From Trichosphaerium sp. ATCC 40318 (taxonomy: Eukaryota; Protista; Tubulinea), in the NCBI GenBank assembly GCA_038496445.1, contig JALMLS010000479.1, positions 209,240 through 273,239 on the forward strand: a DNA stretch of 64,000 nt, read 5' to 3'. Both the position numbers and the translations under genes were made by a program. The stretch's first letter is position 1. The number at the start of each line of letters is the position of its first letter. The notes below the pieces were generated by a model. The model did not search any database, was not told the DNA's origin, and saw only the letters and a program-made list of their open reading frames with translations. Shown one piece after another: positions 1-12,724 of this stretch.

Positions 1-324
1 AATTTTAGCTTAAAAACAGTGACGGTACATCCACGAGAAATATTAATAGATTTATTGATAAACAAAACATTTATAAATACTTCGAGCACCATAACAAATA
101 CTAAGACATACGTAGCGTGCATATTTGACTTTATAACAACAAGTATTACACCTTGGAAACAGAAATAGTTCTAACACTAAGTTAAGCAGTCAACCATGTT
201 CCTTACGCAGATCAGCTTAATTTCCAGAGGAGTGAAATTTTTTTCGGAATTTTGTTGCAAACTGTTGGATTCTGTAGTTCTCAACGATATATGGAAGGCC
301 AGCATGGTATTATCGAAGGCCATT

Positions 325-404
325 AGTGTGGTGTAATTGCTATGGTTAGCGCATTTCGTTGGGCGAAACTATGAAGTAAGGGTTCGATTCCCTAGCACCG
401 CACT
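325..404 (+). ncRNA. Degenerate tRNA-like element (possibly tRNA-His derived pseudogene, SINE head or Pol III ncRNA)
   Basis: Terminal stem AGTGTGGTG/CACCGCACT, D-loop-like TGGTTAGC, stem TTTCG/CGAAA with only a 5-nt loop (TTGGG), B box GGTTCGATTCC in an AGGG/CCCT stem, and a T-run at 421-428. Confidence 0.55.
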
Positions 405-467
405 TCATTCGACACCTTCATTTTTTTTGTAAAGTTAGTTATTTATTTTCGTATGCTTTGTAGTTTT

Positions 468-1707
468 TTAAAATGCGTCCGTGTGCCATGACATGTGCCT
501 TGATGTCTCGTGTGTCGCAGTACTTTCAAACTTTACAAAGGCATCAAAAATCTTACTTTTTTCTTAAAATTATCTCTAAAGGGCAAATACATGTACCCAT
601 CGTCGTTAATAATGTCAACACTTCCTTCAATAACAGGCTTCTTGAAAAGAGGAGCAGGATACATTACAACACCTAAACAAACACTTTAATAAATATATTT
701 GTAAACGAGATGGATAGATGACATACAACTTGATAGGTTATGAAGAGCGTGCATCAATAGAGATTTGAAATTAGATTCCTCATTTTCAACTTCGGAAACA
801 AATTCTTGGACAATTGTTACTTTTTCTGGTTTGTTCTCACTTGTCGATGAAGGTAAGGTTTTCTCAATAGCGCTTAATAGAGCTACAGGTTTATTATCGT
901 GATTGTATAAGATCCAAACATTCTTCAACTCAGCCTTAATCCACGAATCATAATAAATATCCTGTCGAACAATTAAGCCGTCAAATTTGTCTAAATACTT
1001 GTTGTAAAGGCCTTTAATAACCTTCCACTCATCCTTTGGTATATCACCAGCATTGACACTCTTTATATTATCGGTTGTGATTGGATTTGAAGTTACTCGG
1101 TGCTTGTAATAGACCCGTTTAATTCTAACAGCAATTAATTTTCTTTCTAATTTTTTTTGGACCTGTGTACCTTTGCCACCCTCTGCGTTCATAAAATGGT
1201 GAAGCTTTACTTGAATGAAGTAGACCCAAATGTATATTGGCTGATTTCATCCATTTTGTAGCGTTCTACATCACAATCAAAAATGGTTGACATCAAAATT
1301 GAATCCAATTTTTCCAACGTACCTTGAGCAGTTCAGATGCTATTCCTTTGCCTGTTGCAGTGTTAAAACCAAGTATTATTGTTACTCTTCACCTCTATAC
1401 TCCTCTGCTGTACAAACCTCGCTGACACCTCCAACTGTAAATGTGTTTTTGCCAATCACAATTTCACGCCTTCTGATGCATACTGATCCAACTATTTTAT
1501 CGCCGTAGCGACATATAAAAACGGTGTCGATACTTTTAAACGGGTCTGTTTCCCTTTTAGTACATGTTAGTCACTTGAATGTTCATTCATATCTTCTAAC
1601 CAGTGTCTAACAAAGTATTCACGCGGTGTCGTAACAAAGCAAGTATCCAAATGATTAATAAACGCGTTTATTTCATTTTCGTTTAGTATCCCATAATTGA
1701 GACTCAT
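468..1707 (-). CDS. GNAT-family N-acetyltransferase (Eis-like), multi-exon
   Basis: Hand-spliced: MSLNYGILNE...IVGSVCIRRREIVIGKNTFTVGGVSEVCTAEEYRGKGIASELLK (acetyl-CoA motif A, RGKG)...SWHTDAF*. Includes ORF 686-1192. Confidence 0.75.
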
Positions 1708-2261
1708 AACTGTTTGACTGTGGCGCCCTTGTTATTACTTACAACTGAGGTTTATTAGCAACGTTTTAGCAGTAAAAGTAAGTCAGCTATACTGTTTTTT
1801 CGGTCTGGTCATGTAAATACGTTCAAGTCATAAATTTGACAAAGAAAATCGTTATCACGTGATAATGTGCAAGCACTGTACTTGTCTACACAGCATTCAT
1901 TGTAGCGCCTTTCAACGCGTTGAAACTGGTAAGAAAGGATGAGGTGGTTATTCTGTTCAGTGATAGTAAAAACACAATTTCGCTGTTATTCCACAACAAA
2001 CGAACGTATGTTTAAATTTTACTTCGCATGTAACCACTGAAGAGATATTAAGGATATCTCTGAGAGCTTAAAATACTGTGAGTTTTGTTCTGTTAAGCAC
2101 TTTCTGAGTTCACGAGAAAATGAACTCAACTCATACCATTGTCGTGGTTGCCAAAGTATCAATGAGTTTTCGCTTTGTGCAGGAGGCTGGCAGGTAGGCA
2201 GTAGTGTAACATAACTCATTTTCAGTGATCGAAATGAGGTTAAGTGTTGTCTATTATAAAA

Positions 2262-4376
2262 ATGTCTTCTAACATGAGCGGTATGGCTCTAGAGCCAGTA
2301 AAATGCAAATGGTATCAATACAAATGGGTTGGGCAAACTTTTGGGTTTTTCTTAGCGACTGGTGGCGTAGGCGGATTGTCTTGGGCTGGATGGGAAGGAT
2401 ATATGCTACGTGATGCAATACTAACATGGAAAAACGTTTTGCCAGTAGTTGGAGAGGTGGAGTTTAATTTATTTCTAATTTCAAATATCTGACGCCTGTT
2501 TTAAGGTATTTGCGGGTACATCAGCGCTTGTAGGCGGTATCTACTTTATGCGCTATAAAAAATACTATTTCGACCCAAAAGCTCGCGCAGAGTACTTTGA
2601 AGCGTTTATCAACAACCCTCTAATGGAGGTACGCATACAGTAGGTCCACAAACTGTGCTGACTCATTCATTTGTTAGTCAATACAAGAACACGGTTGGAA
2701 CCACCTATTCAATGGTATGACAGAATATGCCACTACTAACTATTTTTGGCATTTGAGCATTTTGTTCGTTTTTTTTTGAGTTTTACACTAAATGCGTTTA
2801 GTTGCTTCTTTAATGGTCGTATCCAATAAACTACGTGATGAGATACTCAGTGGATCTATGGGCTTGCACAAAATAGTACAAGCATACAATATTAAGAACT
2901 GTCAAGAATTCTTGACAAGGTACAATATTTTTGCTCTTTTTTTATTTGGGTTTTTATGAGTTCCCAACCTTTTCAAGTTCTTACCCCGTTTGTTTAGAAA
3001 AGTTCTAACCACTGAATTTATGGGGCAAAAATTTAATGAGGATTTGAACGCACCTGGGGACCTTCCAAGTTTGTTTCTGCGTGTTGCAGAGTACGGATCA
3101 TGGTACGAAGAAAACAAAAAAAAAACTTGAACCAAAAGGACTAACATGTGACGTATTAGGGCTGTTGAAAACGATGTTGTTGACTCCAATACTATTGTAC
3201 AAGCACTAGAAATTGATGAAAAAACTATGAGCATGTCATTCGATGAGATGCATAAGGCAGGACTAGTACGATTAACAAAAGAAGGATTGAGTATGTATTT
3301 TTTTTTCGTTTTTCTGCTTCTCAAAAATGCATGTGTCTCATTCTTAATTAAGCACCTTCTATTGCCTACTTGAAACAAAGATTCTTTGATGACGTAAGAC
3401 AAAAAGACTTGACGTTCCAAAGGATATACGAATCTTATGGACCTTGGATAACCAGTAGCGGTGTATGCATTTTTCTTTTAGATTCGATACTGACTTTTTT
3501 TTTTCCGAACAGATAGCCGAACCTGAGGAGCTTGCACCTCTATTTCAAAAGGAATTAGCAACTAGAAGCTTTACAGATATTGCTGATAAATACTGGGAGT
3601 GGCCTATTACTGAATGCATGGAGCGAATAGGAGTCACAACGTCTCAGTTTGATAAATTACGTGAACTCAAAGATCAGGTATGCATTGTGTTTAAATATCA
3701 TTGCTCACAACTCTACCCTTTAGTACGACACTGCCAAGACAATATGTAACGAGGATAAACAGCTCAATTCTACCACTTGTGCAAAAGAACTTGCAGTAGC
3801 AGCAAATGTGAGATCGTAAGTGTTCTTTGTTTGCATTGTTTGGTTATTGACGGACATGTTTTAGCGATAAAGTGTCATCCATCAAGAATGAATATAGACG
3901 TGATAAGCTTAACTTGGATCGTAAATATAAAGGAACAATTTCCATGGCTTACACTAGGGAGCATTCAGTAATAAAAAGATCCAGAGATAGTAGGATAAGC
4001 GAGGCAAAGACTCAGGAATCGTATGTGAATTCTTTTTTTTTGAAATTTCTTCACAAAAAGTACTGATACACTTTTTCAGAGCAGCGATAACACGTGCTGA
4101 AAATGAAAGAGATAGAGAAAATAGACGTGTTGACCGCACACTTGATGAAAAGAAGGAGAGACTGAATAAAGAGTGGATGACATACTATAGACGTGCGAGC
4201 CACGGGTCGGGAAGGCCTGGTAATGGTGGGAATGTCGTTGTAAATGCAGGAGGAGCACAAGTACGTTAGGATTTGTTATTACCTACCTCTTTTTTCAGTC
4301 TTGCTTGCTAACATTCTTTTTAAAGGTCGTTGTCAATATGCCACAACAGAACTACGAACCATCTGCTCCTTACTAG
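2262..4376 (+). CDS. Hypothetical protein with N-terminal hydrophobic segments, a charged coiled-coil C-terminal half and a terminal EPSAPY motif
   Basis: Consistent GT-AG exon chain from MSSNMSGMALEP through FGFFLATGGVGGLSW and VFAGTSALVGGIYF to VVVNMPQQNYEPSAPY*. No family recognised. Confidence 0.6.
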
Positions 4377-4644
4377 TTGAATTCGAAATAAACAAATTTT
4401 TTAACAACTCGTTCAAAGAATTATTCAATTTGGTTTGCCAAAGTTAATCTTAGATGCCCTTTTGCTCCTCCAAAGAAGTTTCGTTTACTCAAAAAAACAG
4501 TGCAAAACGTATTTTGCAATCTCTGTGCATGGTGATGCTATGGTGGCAGTATTTAAACGTTGTGCACAGCAAGCGATAAAAATAAAGAAAACTCGACAAT
4601 TTTTTGCTAGTATCAAATCGGCAATTGCAATATATGTAGTGTAG

Positions 4645-5057
4645 CTTATCCGCGTAACAACTTCATCTCTATTGACGCCGCCTCCAACTACGTTACTTAC
4701 TACCACTGCCCCACCTACACTCTCCAACAACGGTCTCCAACTCCAATGCCTTCACCTCCAACCACTTTATCTCCAAGTACAACTCCTCCAACAGTACCAC
4801 CAACTACAATTATTCCTACAGAACTCACCTCAACGTCTACCCCAACAACTACGGTGCCAACAGAACAGCCAACTGCAACCATAGCAGTAACTTCTGGCGA
4901 GTTGAATGTCGCCAATCTTGTAATTTTCGTACTTTGTAGCATAGCGCTGATCGAAATACTGGTTGTTGGTACTGTCCAAACAAAACTTTTTTTAGCAACA
5001 CGTGGCCAGAAGTGCTTACACTTTTGTAGATTCCATCATGAGGAAGACGTAAATTGA
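4645..5057 (+). CDS. Small Thr/Pro-rich mucin-like protein with a single TM helix (apparent frameshift near 4720-4745; start uncertain)
   Basis: T/P-rich coding in two adjacent frames (ORFs 4672 and 4746) followed by hydrophobic LVIFVLCSIALIEILVVG. Confidence 0.4.
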
Positions 5058-5151
5058 TTTTTGATCATTTTTATTTTATGATTTTTTTTTTTTTGGTTTT
5101 TTTTTTCAATTTTTTATCTTTTCTTTTTTCATGTGAGCTATGGTACACCAC

Positions 5152-7351
5152 TCACCCTTCATCAACATACAACTTTCTGTCTAAAGGGGAAAAAAAGACA
5201 TTAATAAAAAAACAGCAAGCTAAGGGAAGTACAAAAAATAAAAATAACAAATACGCACCAATTTCCTTAGGGATTGGAAGAATCTCAGTGTCCAGCTCCT
5301 TCTCAATCTTGTACAGGTTAAAACGGTCTTCATACGTTACAAGGTTAACAGCAATTCCCAAGTGACCGAATCGACCACCTCTACCAATTCTATACAAAAC
5401 TGTAAGTCCATCGTCAAACAATCAAAAAAACTAACTGACTAAAAAACAAAATCCAAAAAAAAAAGATGAACGTGCCTGTGAAGGTAAGTTTCCGAATTTT
5501 TAGGAAAATCAAAGTTAATTACAACATTAACAGCTTGTATATCAATACCACGGGTGAATAGATCTAAAAGACACACCAGTTAGCGAGAAAAAAAAAGAAA
5601 AATGATTTTTTTTGTACGCACCAGTCGAGACTAAATTACGGCAAGCACCGCGTCTGAAATCGTGAAATACTCTGTTTCTGTGCTCTTGAAGCATCTTTGC
5701 GTGAATATAGAAACAAGAGTATCCAAGCTCTGTAATTTTTTTGGCAAGGAGTTCAACTCTGTTTACTGAATTGCAAAATATTATCGATTGGTTAATTTCC
5801 AGCTAAACCTCAATAAGTAAGACATAACAGAAAAAAGAGCAAACTAAAACTATGCCAAAAGTGAAAAGCGAGAAAACAAAAAACCAAAAAAAAAGTAGAG
5901 AGACTCACCTTTGAGAATAGAGTATTGAGACAGTGGAGCTTTTGTCGCTCTTCTACAAATGCGTAGAACTGCGTGACACCCTTTTGTAATACAATATTAG
6001 TAAACTTTGAAGGTGTACATTATTAGAAAGGCGCAAGCGTACTCTTAATGTGAGTTCCGACATGAGATTAATTTTAAACGGATTTTTTAAGTTCTTGTCC
6101 ATGAACAACTACCCACTACGTTAACCATGGCATTCTTATGAATATTGTGCTTTGTAAGGTACCTTTACAGCCTTTGGGAAGGTAGCAGAGAATAACAAAA
6201 TTTGACGTTGAGGGTTGGCAAATGAGAAAATCCTTTCCATCAACGGTTGGAATTCAGGTGACAACAATTTATCTGCTTCATCGAGTACAACGTAGCTACA
6301 TTTCCCCAACTTGGCAATTTTTCTTGTAGCCAAATCTAATACACGTCCAGGGGTTGCTACGAGTATATGTACTCCATCCATTAAACGAATGATATCATCT
6401 ATATAACGCGTAAGCCGTACTTTGGTTTTTGTTTTCAGAAAAAAAAAAATTATATTTGAGGTCTACGCGCGTAAAGAAAAACAAATTGGGTCGTATCCCT
6501 GGTAAACACATACCTTTTAGAGATGTTCCACCAGTAGTTACCATAACTTTGAGGCCTTGTAAGAATTTACCTAGTTTTTTCGTTTCTTGGGAAATTTGTA
6601 GAGCCAATTCGCGGGTAGGAACCAAGATGAGAGCTATATTGATCATAAGCGCCAATAGAATAGAAAAAATGTTTGACTCATTGAAAAAAAAAAAAGGGGT
6701 ATTGCTTATGTCTGTCGGAATATTGGCTGTTAGTGGTTTTTTTTTGTGTTAGCCAATAACACGCGATAAATCGGTTGGTATTAATGACAAATGTCGCATA
6801 AAACGATTTTCGCTATTTAAGCTTCATAGTTGCAAATACAGGTGTCATTACGCTCAACGAGCAATAATAGGCGTGAATTTTGAGAAAGTAGCGTTCATAG
6901 CTCAAACAGCACTGACTTGCCTTGAATTTCGTCCTTTGAAGGGTCTACCTTCTCTAGAGCAGGAACAAGGAAACTAGCGGTCTTTCCAGTGCCGTTTTTG
7001 GCTCTCGCCAAGATATCGCGGCCTTTGAGTGCAGGAGGGATCGCTTCCTCTTGTATTGGCGAAGGGTTATCAAAACCCTTCTCGTGGATACCCTTGAGGA
7101 GTTCTCGCTTCAAATAAAAGTCCTGCCACTGCAAACCTTTTGTGTTTGTCACATCCTACAACACTCGGTCACCTGTGCCCCAAAATGCACCTACAAAGAA
7201 AATGCTGTACCTCTGTTTGTAGTCTTGAATCTCTACCCCTTTTGAGTGAGTCAGTCCAGTGTTCGCTATCGCCATTCTGGGCGGCAGCGTTGGCACTAAA
7301 TTAAATGTCTGAGTTGTGCGTGGTTAATGCAGGTAGTAAAAATTACGTCAT
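5152..7351 (-). CDS. DDX6: DEAD-box RNA helicase DDX6/Dhh1/Me31B
   Basis: [65 protein letters not shown], ends DRKLYVDEG*. Confidence 0.95.
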
Positions 7352-7874
7352 GTAAGCCGTTGGGCGCGTGTATTTATAAGGATTATTTTAGAACTTGTTC
7401 TTTCACCTAGTTTTGTGCAGGTACTGGCCTAAGGGAGGTGGTGGTTAAGTTTTCTTTTAACAGGCGACAGCTGTCATCTGTCAATATCGTAAACACTTTA
7501 ATGAGATACTACAGTAGCTCTCGCTCTATATGTGATGTTTATTCAGACATGTCATAAATAGATCCAACCACATTTCTGTCCAATAGCGTTAGATGAATAC
7601 TTTAGCATCTAAAGAAGCGCTATTTTTCATTTACGAAGCAACTAAGCAGCCTGGGCAAAGTCAATAGCAATCAACACATCGGCGCTTGTAGAAACGCTGA
7701 TACTCCTCACCAAACGAAGGGTGCGTAGTACTTTTACCAGACGAAACGTTTCTGGCTTGATAAAGAAACTATTAGTTTAAATTAAGAAAACCTCTTTTCA
7801 AAGTAACGGGTCTTATCTGAACGATACTTAAACGCATTTAATACTAACTATCTTGAAGACGAACACCAATCCTC

Positions 7875-10800
7875 ATGAGCTTGAGCGACGCTTTTGAGCT
7901 CGAGTCTGACTACACTGGGTACGTCAACTGCCGCGTTTGATAACAATTAGCAGTTATATTGCATAAAATCCGTTTTGCGCTAGCGCTTCAGCGTTTTGAC
8001 GCAGTAAACCAGCCCCCCCACCGACCATAGCATAAACTAGTTTACCTAAATGCGTTTAGGGACATTGCTTTAGAGAGCTTCGACGATGGCATTAGTTTCG
8101 AAGAGTCAGCAGAGCCAAAGGAGCGTGTATCATGGGATGCCAAATGGAAAAAAGACAAAAAGCGAAAAACAGCTGACACTACTCAAGTAGATGATAAAGA
8201 TGACGTATGTTACCGATTTAGCTTCACCTGTTTGAGTGAAATTGTAGACCACATAATTTCTCCTTTCTACTCAAACCAACGCTTGTTTAACCATCCAATA
8301 GGACAGTCACATCATTACAGTGAAGGAACTATGCACGCGTTTGAAAGTAGACCCGACAATCGGCTTGACAGCTCGCGAGGTCTGGGAGAGGCAACAAGTA
8401 TATGGTAAAAACGTACTCACGCCACCAAAAGAAACAGCAGCATGGATCATGGTATGTCGGCCTTTCAATGAATTTGGGTTTCACCCAAATGAAAAAAAAA
8501 AAAACAAACAAAGACGTCACTTTCTCACTCTTATGCCTAGTTTGTTTCTCATCTGTTATCCGGATTTTCTTTGTTACTATGGGTTGCTGCTCTGCTTTGT
8601 TTCATATCATTTGGTATTGACCCTAAGAACGCCAGAGAGAATGTACTTGAAACTTTTTAGTTTTTTGTTTTTCATGTTGAAGTCCTTTACTCATATTTTT
8701 GTTCCTTCCTTTAGTTATACCTTGGTATTGTATTGGTTACTGTCGTTGTTGTAACTGCTGTATTCAGTTACTATCAAGAGGCACAATCTAAAAAGATTAT
8801 GGGATCATTTAAGAAGCTTTTACCAAGCATGGCAAAAGTACTGCGCGAAGGCGAATGGGTACAAGTTGCAGCTGAAGGTAACTGTTACAGTATTACCGAC
8901 TTATTTAGCTCATTATTCTTTAAGATATTGTCAACGGAGACGTCATAGAAGTCACCAGTGGAGGTATGTTGAATAGACTTGTTAACATATTAAAGACTTT
9001 GAAATACTGACGATTTGTTGTCATTAGATACTATCCCGGCTGATATTCGTATTATTAGAACCAATATGCTTAAAGTGGACAATAGCTCGCTCACTGGTGA
9101 ATCTGAACCTCAACCTAGATCGGTAGAAATGACAGATGAGGTAAGTTATTCGATTACAATGTAGCTTTACTTTTTATTTCAAGTTTTTGTTTAACTTTTA
9201 TTAGCTTTCTTTTGAGACTAGAAATCTTGCTTTTTACAGTACACTCGCAGTAGAAGGAGAAGGTGCTGGTATAGTTATTGCTACTGGTGATAGAACAGCC
9301 ATTGGTAAAATAGCGTACCTCGTTCAGACTACAGAAGAAGTTGCAACGCCAATGAGTAGAGAACTTGCGCACTTTGTTTGGTAAGTAATATTTTTTCTTT
9401 GAAATGGATTTTTATGAAATCTCCAAGCGACTTATCGCTGTTACATTGGTCTGGACAAGACTGTTTTTGTTTTTTTTTTTGGCCACGTGTTTAAATATTT
9501 ATATTTATTGTGTTATTTTTAGGTTTATTCTCATTGTGTCTGTTACATTCGGTGCAATTTGCTTCATTTTTGGGTTATTCGAAAAATTTTCATTCATTCT
9601 GAACGTTGTCTACTCTATTGGTATTATTGTTGCCAATGTACCTGAAGGTCTATTGGGTACTGTAACAACAGCCCTCTCAATTACTGCGAGACGTTTGGCG
9701 GTGAAAAACGTTCTAGTAAAGAACTTGGAAGCTGTTGAGGTACCAACCAATATCCATCTTCATTTTTTTTTTGAAACGAAAAAAAGAATATTCGCACTAA
9801 TGTTGCAACTCTAGACTCTTGGATGTACATCTATAATTTGCTCTGATAAGACAGGAACCCTTACTCAAAATAAGATGACTGTACGCCATCTATGGTATGA
9901 TTTGGAAGTAAAGGGTGTGGATCAAGAACAAGAAGATGCCTTTGATTCTCAAGAAACAACTTGCCAGAGACTCATCAGAATCGCTGGTCTTGCAAACCGT
10001 GCAGTATTTGACCCTAAGGACTCTCAAACAGCAGTACCATATAGGTTCGTGCATTGTATTATGCCTATCACATACGTAGTGAATCTTATGGTTGTATAGA
10101 TTGACTATTGGTGACGGCTCTGAATCAGCATTGATCAAGTTTGTTCAACCAATAACCGATATTCTTGAGATGAGATCAAATTATGAGAGTGTCACTGAAA
10201 TTCCTTTCAATAGCACTAACAAGTACTCTCTATCAATTCATCGTCTTCCAAAGGATGAAACGCAAGGTGGAAAGTATTCTTATGTATTGTGTATGAAAGG
10301 TGCTCCAGAACGTATCATACAGCGATGTGGTAGTATCATGGTTAACGGCGCTGTACGACTTCTTGCTTTTTTTTTTTCTTTTTTTTTTTATTTTTATGAA
10401 GTTGGTTGGTTTGTTGACGTCTTGTTACAGCCAGTAGCCTTGAAGAAAAAACATAAAACTGCATTCTCTGATGCGTATGATCAACTTGGTAATCAAGGAG
10501 AACGCGTTCTTGGATTTGCAGAGTTGTTATTGGAAACAAGTGAGTTCCCTGCTGACTTCGAGTTTGATATGAAGACAATACCAATGGAAGGCAAGTCAAC
10601 TTGTTCGTTATCAGTTGTCTAATGTGATGTCTTATTAGATCTGTGTTTTATTGGATTACTTGCTATGATTGATCCACCAAGAGCAGCTGTACCAAATGCT
10701 GTCCGATTATGTCAGACAGCGAATATTAAAGTCATCATGGTCACTGGTGCGACTTTCTTTCTTTTTTTTCTTTTGGTTTTGACATCACGTTTTGTTGCAA

Positions 10801-12704
10801 TGCAGTATTAAAATCTCCATAGGTGACCATCCAATTACTGCAAAGGCTATTGCTCGCCAAGTAGGTATATTCAAGGGAAGGACAGCAGAAGATATCGCCG
10901 CAGAAGAAGGTATTCCGCTTGATGAGGTTGATAAGAATGATGCTTCTTCAATTGTTGTACACGGTTCGCAGTTGGCTGAAATGGATGCCACTGAGCTAGA
11001 AGAGTATGTTGTTGATAAATTTCAAGTGAACGTAGTAGTGAGTGTTTGCTAATACATGCTTAGAGTGCTGCAATACGAAGAGATTGTTTTCGCTAGAACA
11101 ACACCAGAGCAAAAATTATTGATTGTTCAAGGTTGCCAACGCATGGGCCATGTTGTTGCTGTAACTGGTGATGGTGTTAACGATTCACCAGCATTAAAGC
11201 GTGCTAATATTGGTATTGCTATGGGTATTACTGGAACTGATGTATCAAAGAGCGCTGCTGACATGATCCTCTTGTACGTCTAAGACTTGGGTTTGCTTTT
11301 TTTTTTTTTTTTTGGTTGGCTGACTTTATGTTTTCAGGGATGATAATTTCGCCAGTATTGTGCTTGGTGTTGAGGAAGGTCGTCTTATTTTTGATAATCT
11401 TAAAAAGTCTATCGCCTACACACTATCTTCAAATATTCCTGAGTTGTTTCCTTTCGTTGCAGTATGTGTTTTTTTTTTGGTTTTCTTTTTGATTTGTTGT
11501 GTTGTGTTGTGCTAATCAATTGTTTTTAATAGTTCATCTTGTTCCAAATTCCACTTCCTTTGACCACTGTTCTTATACTATCTATTGATGTTGGTACAGA
11601 TCTACTTCCAGCTATTGCCTTGGTACGTCACCAGAAAGGGCACAGTTTCTTCTCGTAACTTAGAAAACAAATGTTTGAATGACTGATTTATACTCACTTT
11701 GAACTTTAGGCATATGAAGGACCAGAACTAGATATTATGAAACGTCACCCTAGAAAGCTGACATCTAGGCTTGTTGGTATGCGATTAATTGGGTTTTCTT
11801 ATCTTCAGATCGGTGTTATGCAAGGTACGTTCATAACGTCTGTTTGACAACTATTACTCACTTTCTTTCTTCAGCTTTAGCAGGGTTCTATGCCTACTTT
11901 ATCGCCATGGGTGAAGGTGATTATCCTAATGGTAGAGGATTCCATCCGTGGATGCTTGTTGGTATCGTAGATGATTATATTGACGAAACTAAAGTCTGCC
12001 GAATTTCTTTCGGACCTGGATCTGTAAATTGCTTTGTACCACCTGTGGTCAACGCTACAATGCCTGCAGTACTTCCAAACACTACATCAGAGTATTATGA
12101 TTTATGTTGGCATACTGCTGGTGCTGTCAATGGGAGCATGACTTTTGAACCTAATTGGCCTTGCTTTGAACTTACAAGGAGAACACTATTGCGACGTGCA
12201 CAGACTGCTTTTTTCGTTGCTATTATTGTTGTTCAGTGGTCTTGCTTGCTTATCACAAAGACTAGACGTTTATCTCTCTTTCAACAAGGCATGAAGTACG
12301 TGAATGAGTTCACAGGTTAACAAAACGACGTGAGTTAATCTGTTTTCTTAGAAATTGGGTTTTGAATGCTGGATTGGTTATTGAAACTGCACTGGCATTG
12401 TTTATTGTCTATGTGCCTTTTATGAATAGCGCTTTTGCTACTGAACCTATATCGTTCATTCATTGGGTTACACCACTTCCTTTCGCGGTTTTAATCGTAC
12501 GTCAAAATGATAATCATGTGTTTTTTTTTTCAATCAATTTTTTATTCTCACTGTTTTTTTAGTTTGTTTATGATGAAATTCGTAAATGGATTCTAAGGAC
12601 TTATCCAGAAGGTACGGGTGTTTATTTTTTTGTGTTTTGTTTGTTTTGGTTTTTATACTGAATATTGTTATGTAGGGTTTGTTGCAAAGCACACATACTA
12701 TTAA
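7875..12704 (+). CDS. ATP1A: P-type IIC Na+/K+-ATPase alpha subunit, complete multi-exon gene
   Basis: [14 protein letters not shown] (M4), [48 protein letters not shown] (M5), [16 protein letters not shown] (M6), C-terminus GFVAKHTYY*. Confidence 0.93.
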
Positions 12705-12724
12705 AAAAAAAAAACTGTGAAAAA

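Noticed and set aside
2902-3420. 172-aa minus-strand ORF and many other short six-frame ORFs
   Set aside because: Antisense or intron read-through of spliced genes on the other strand.
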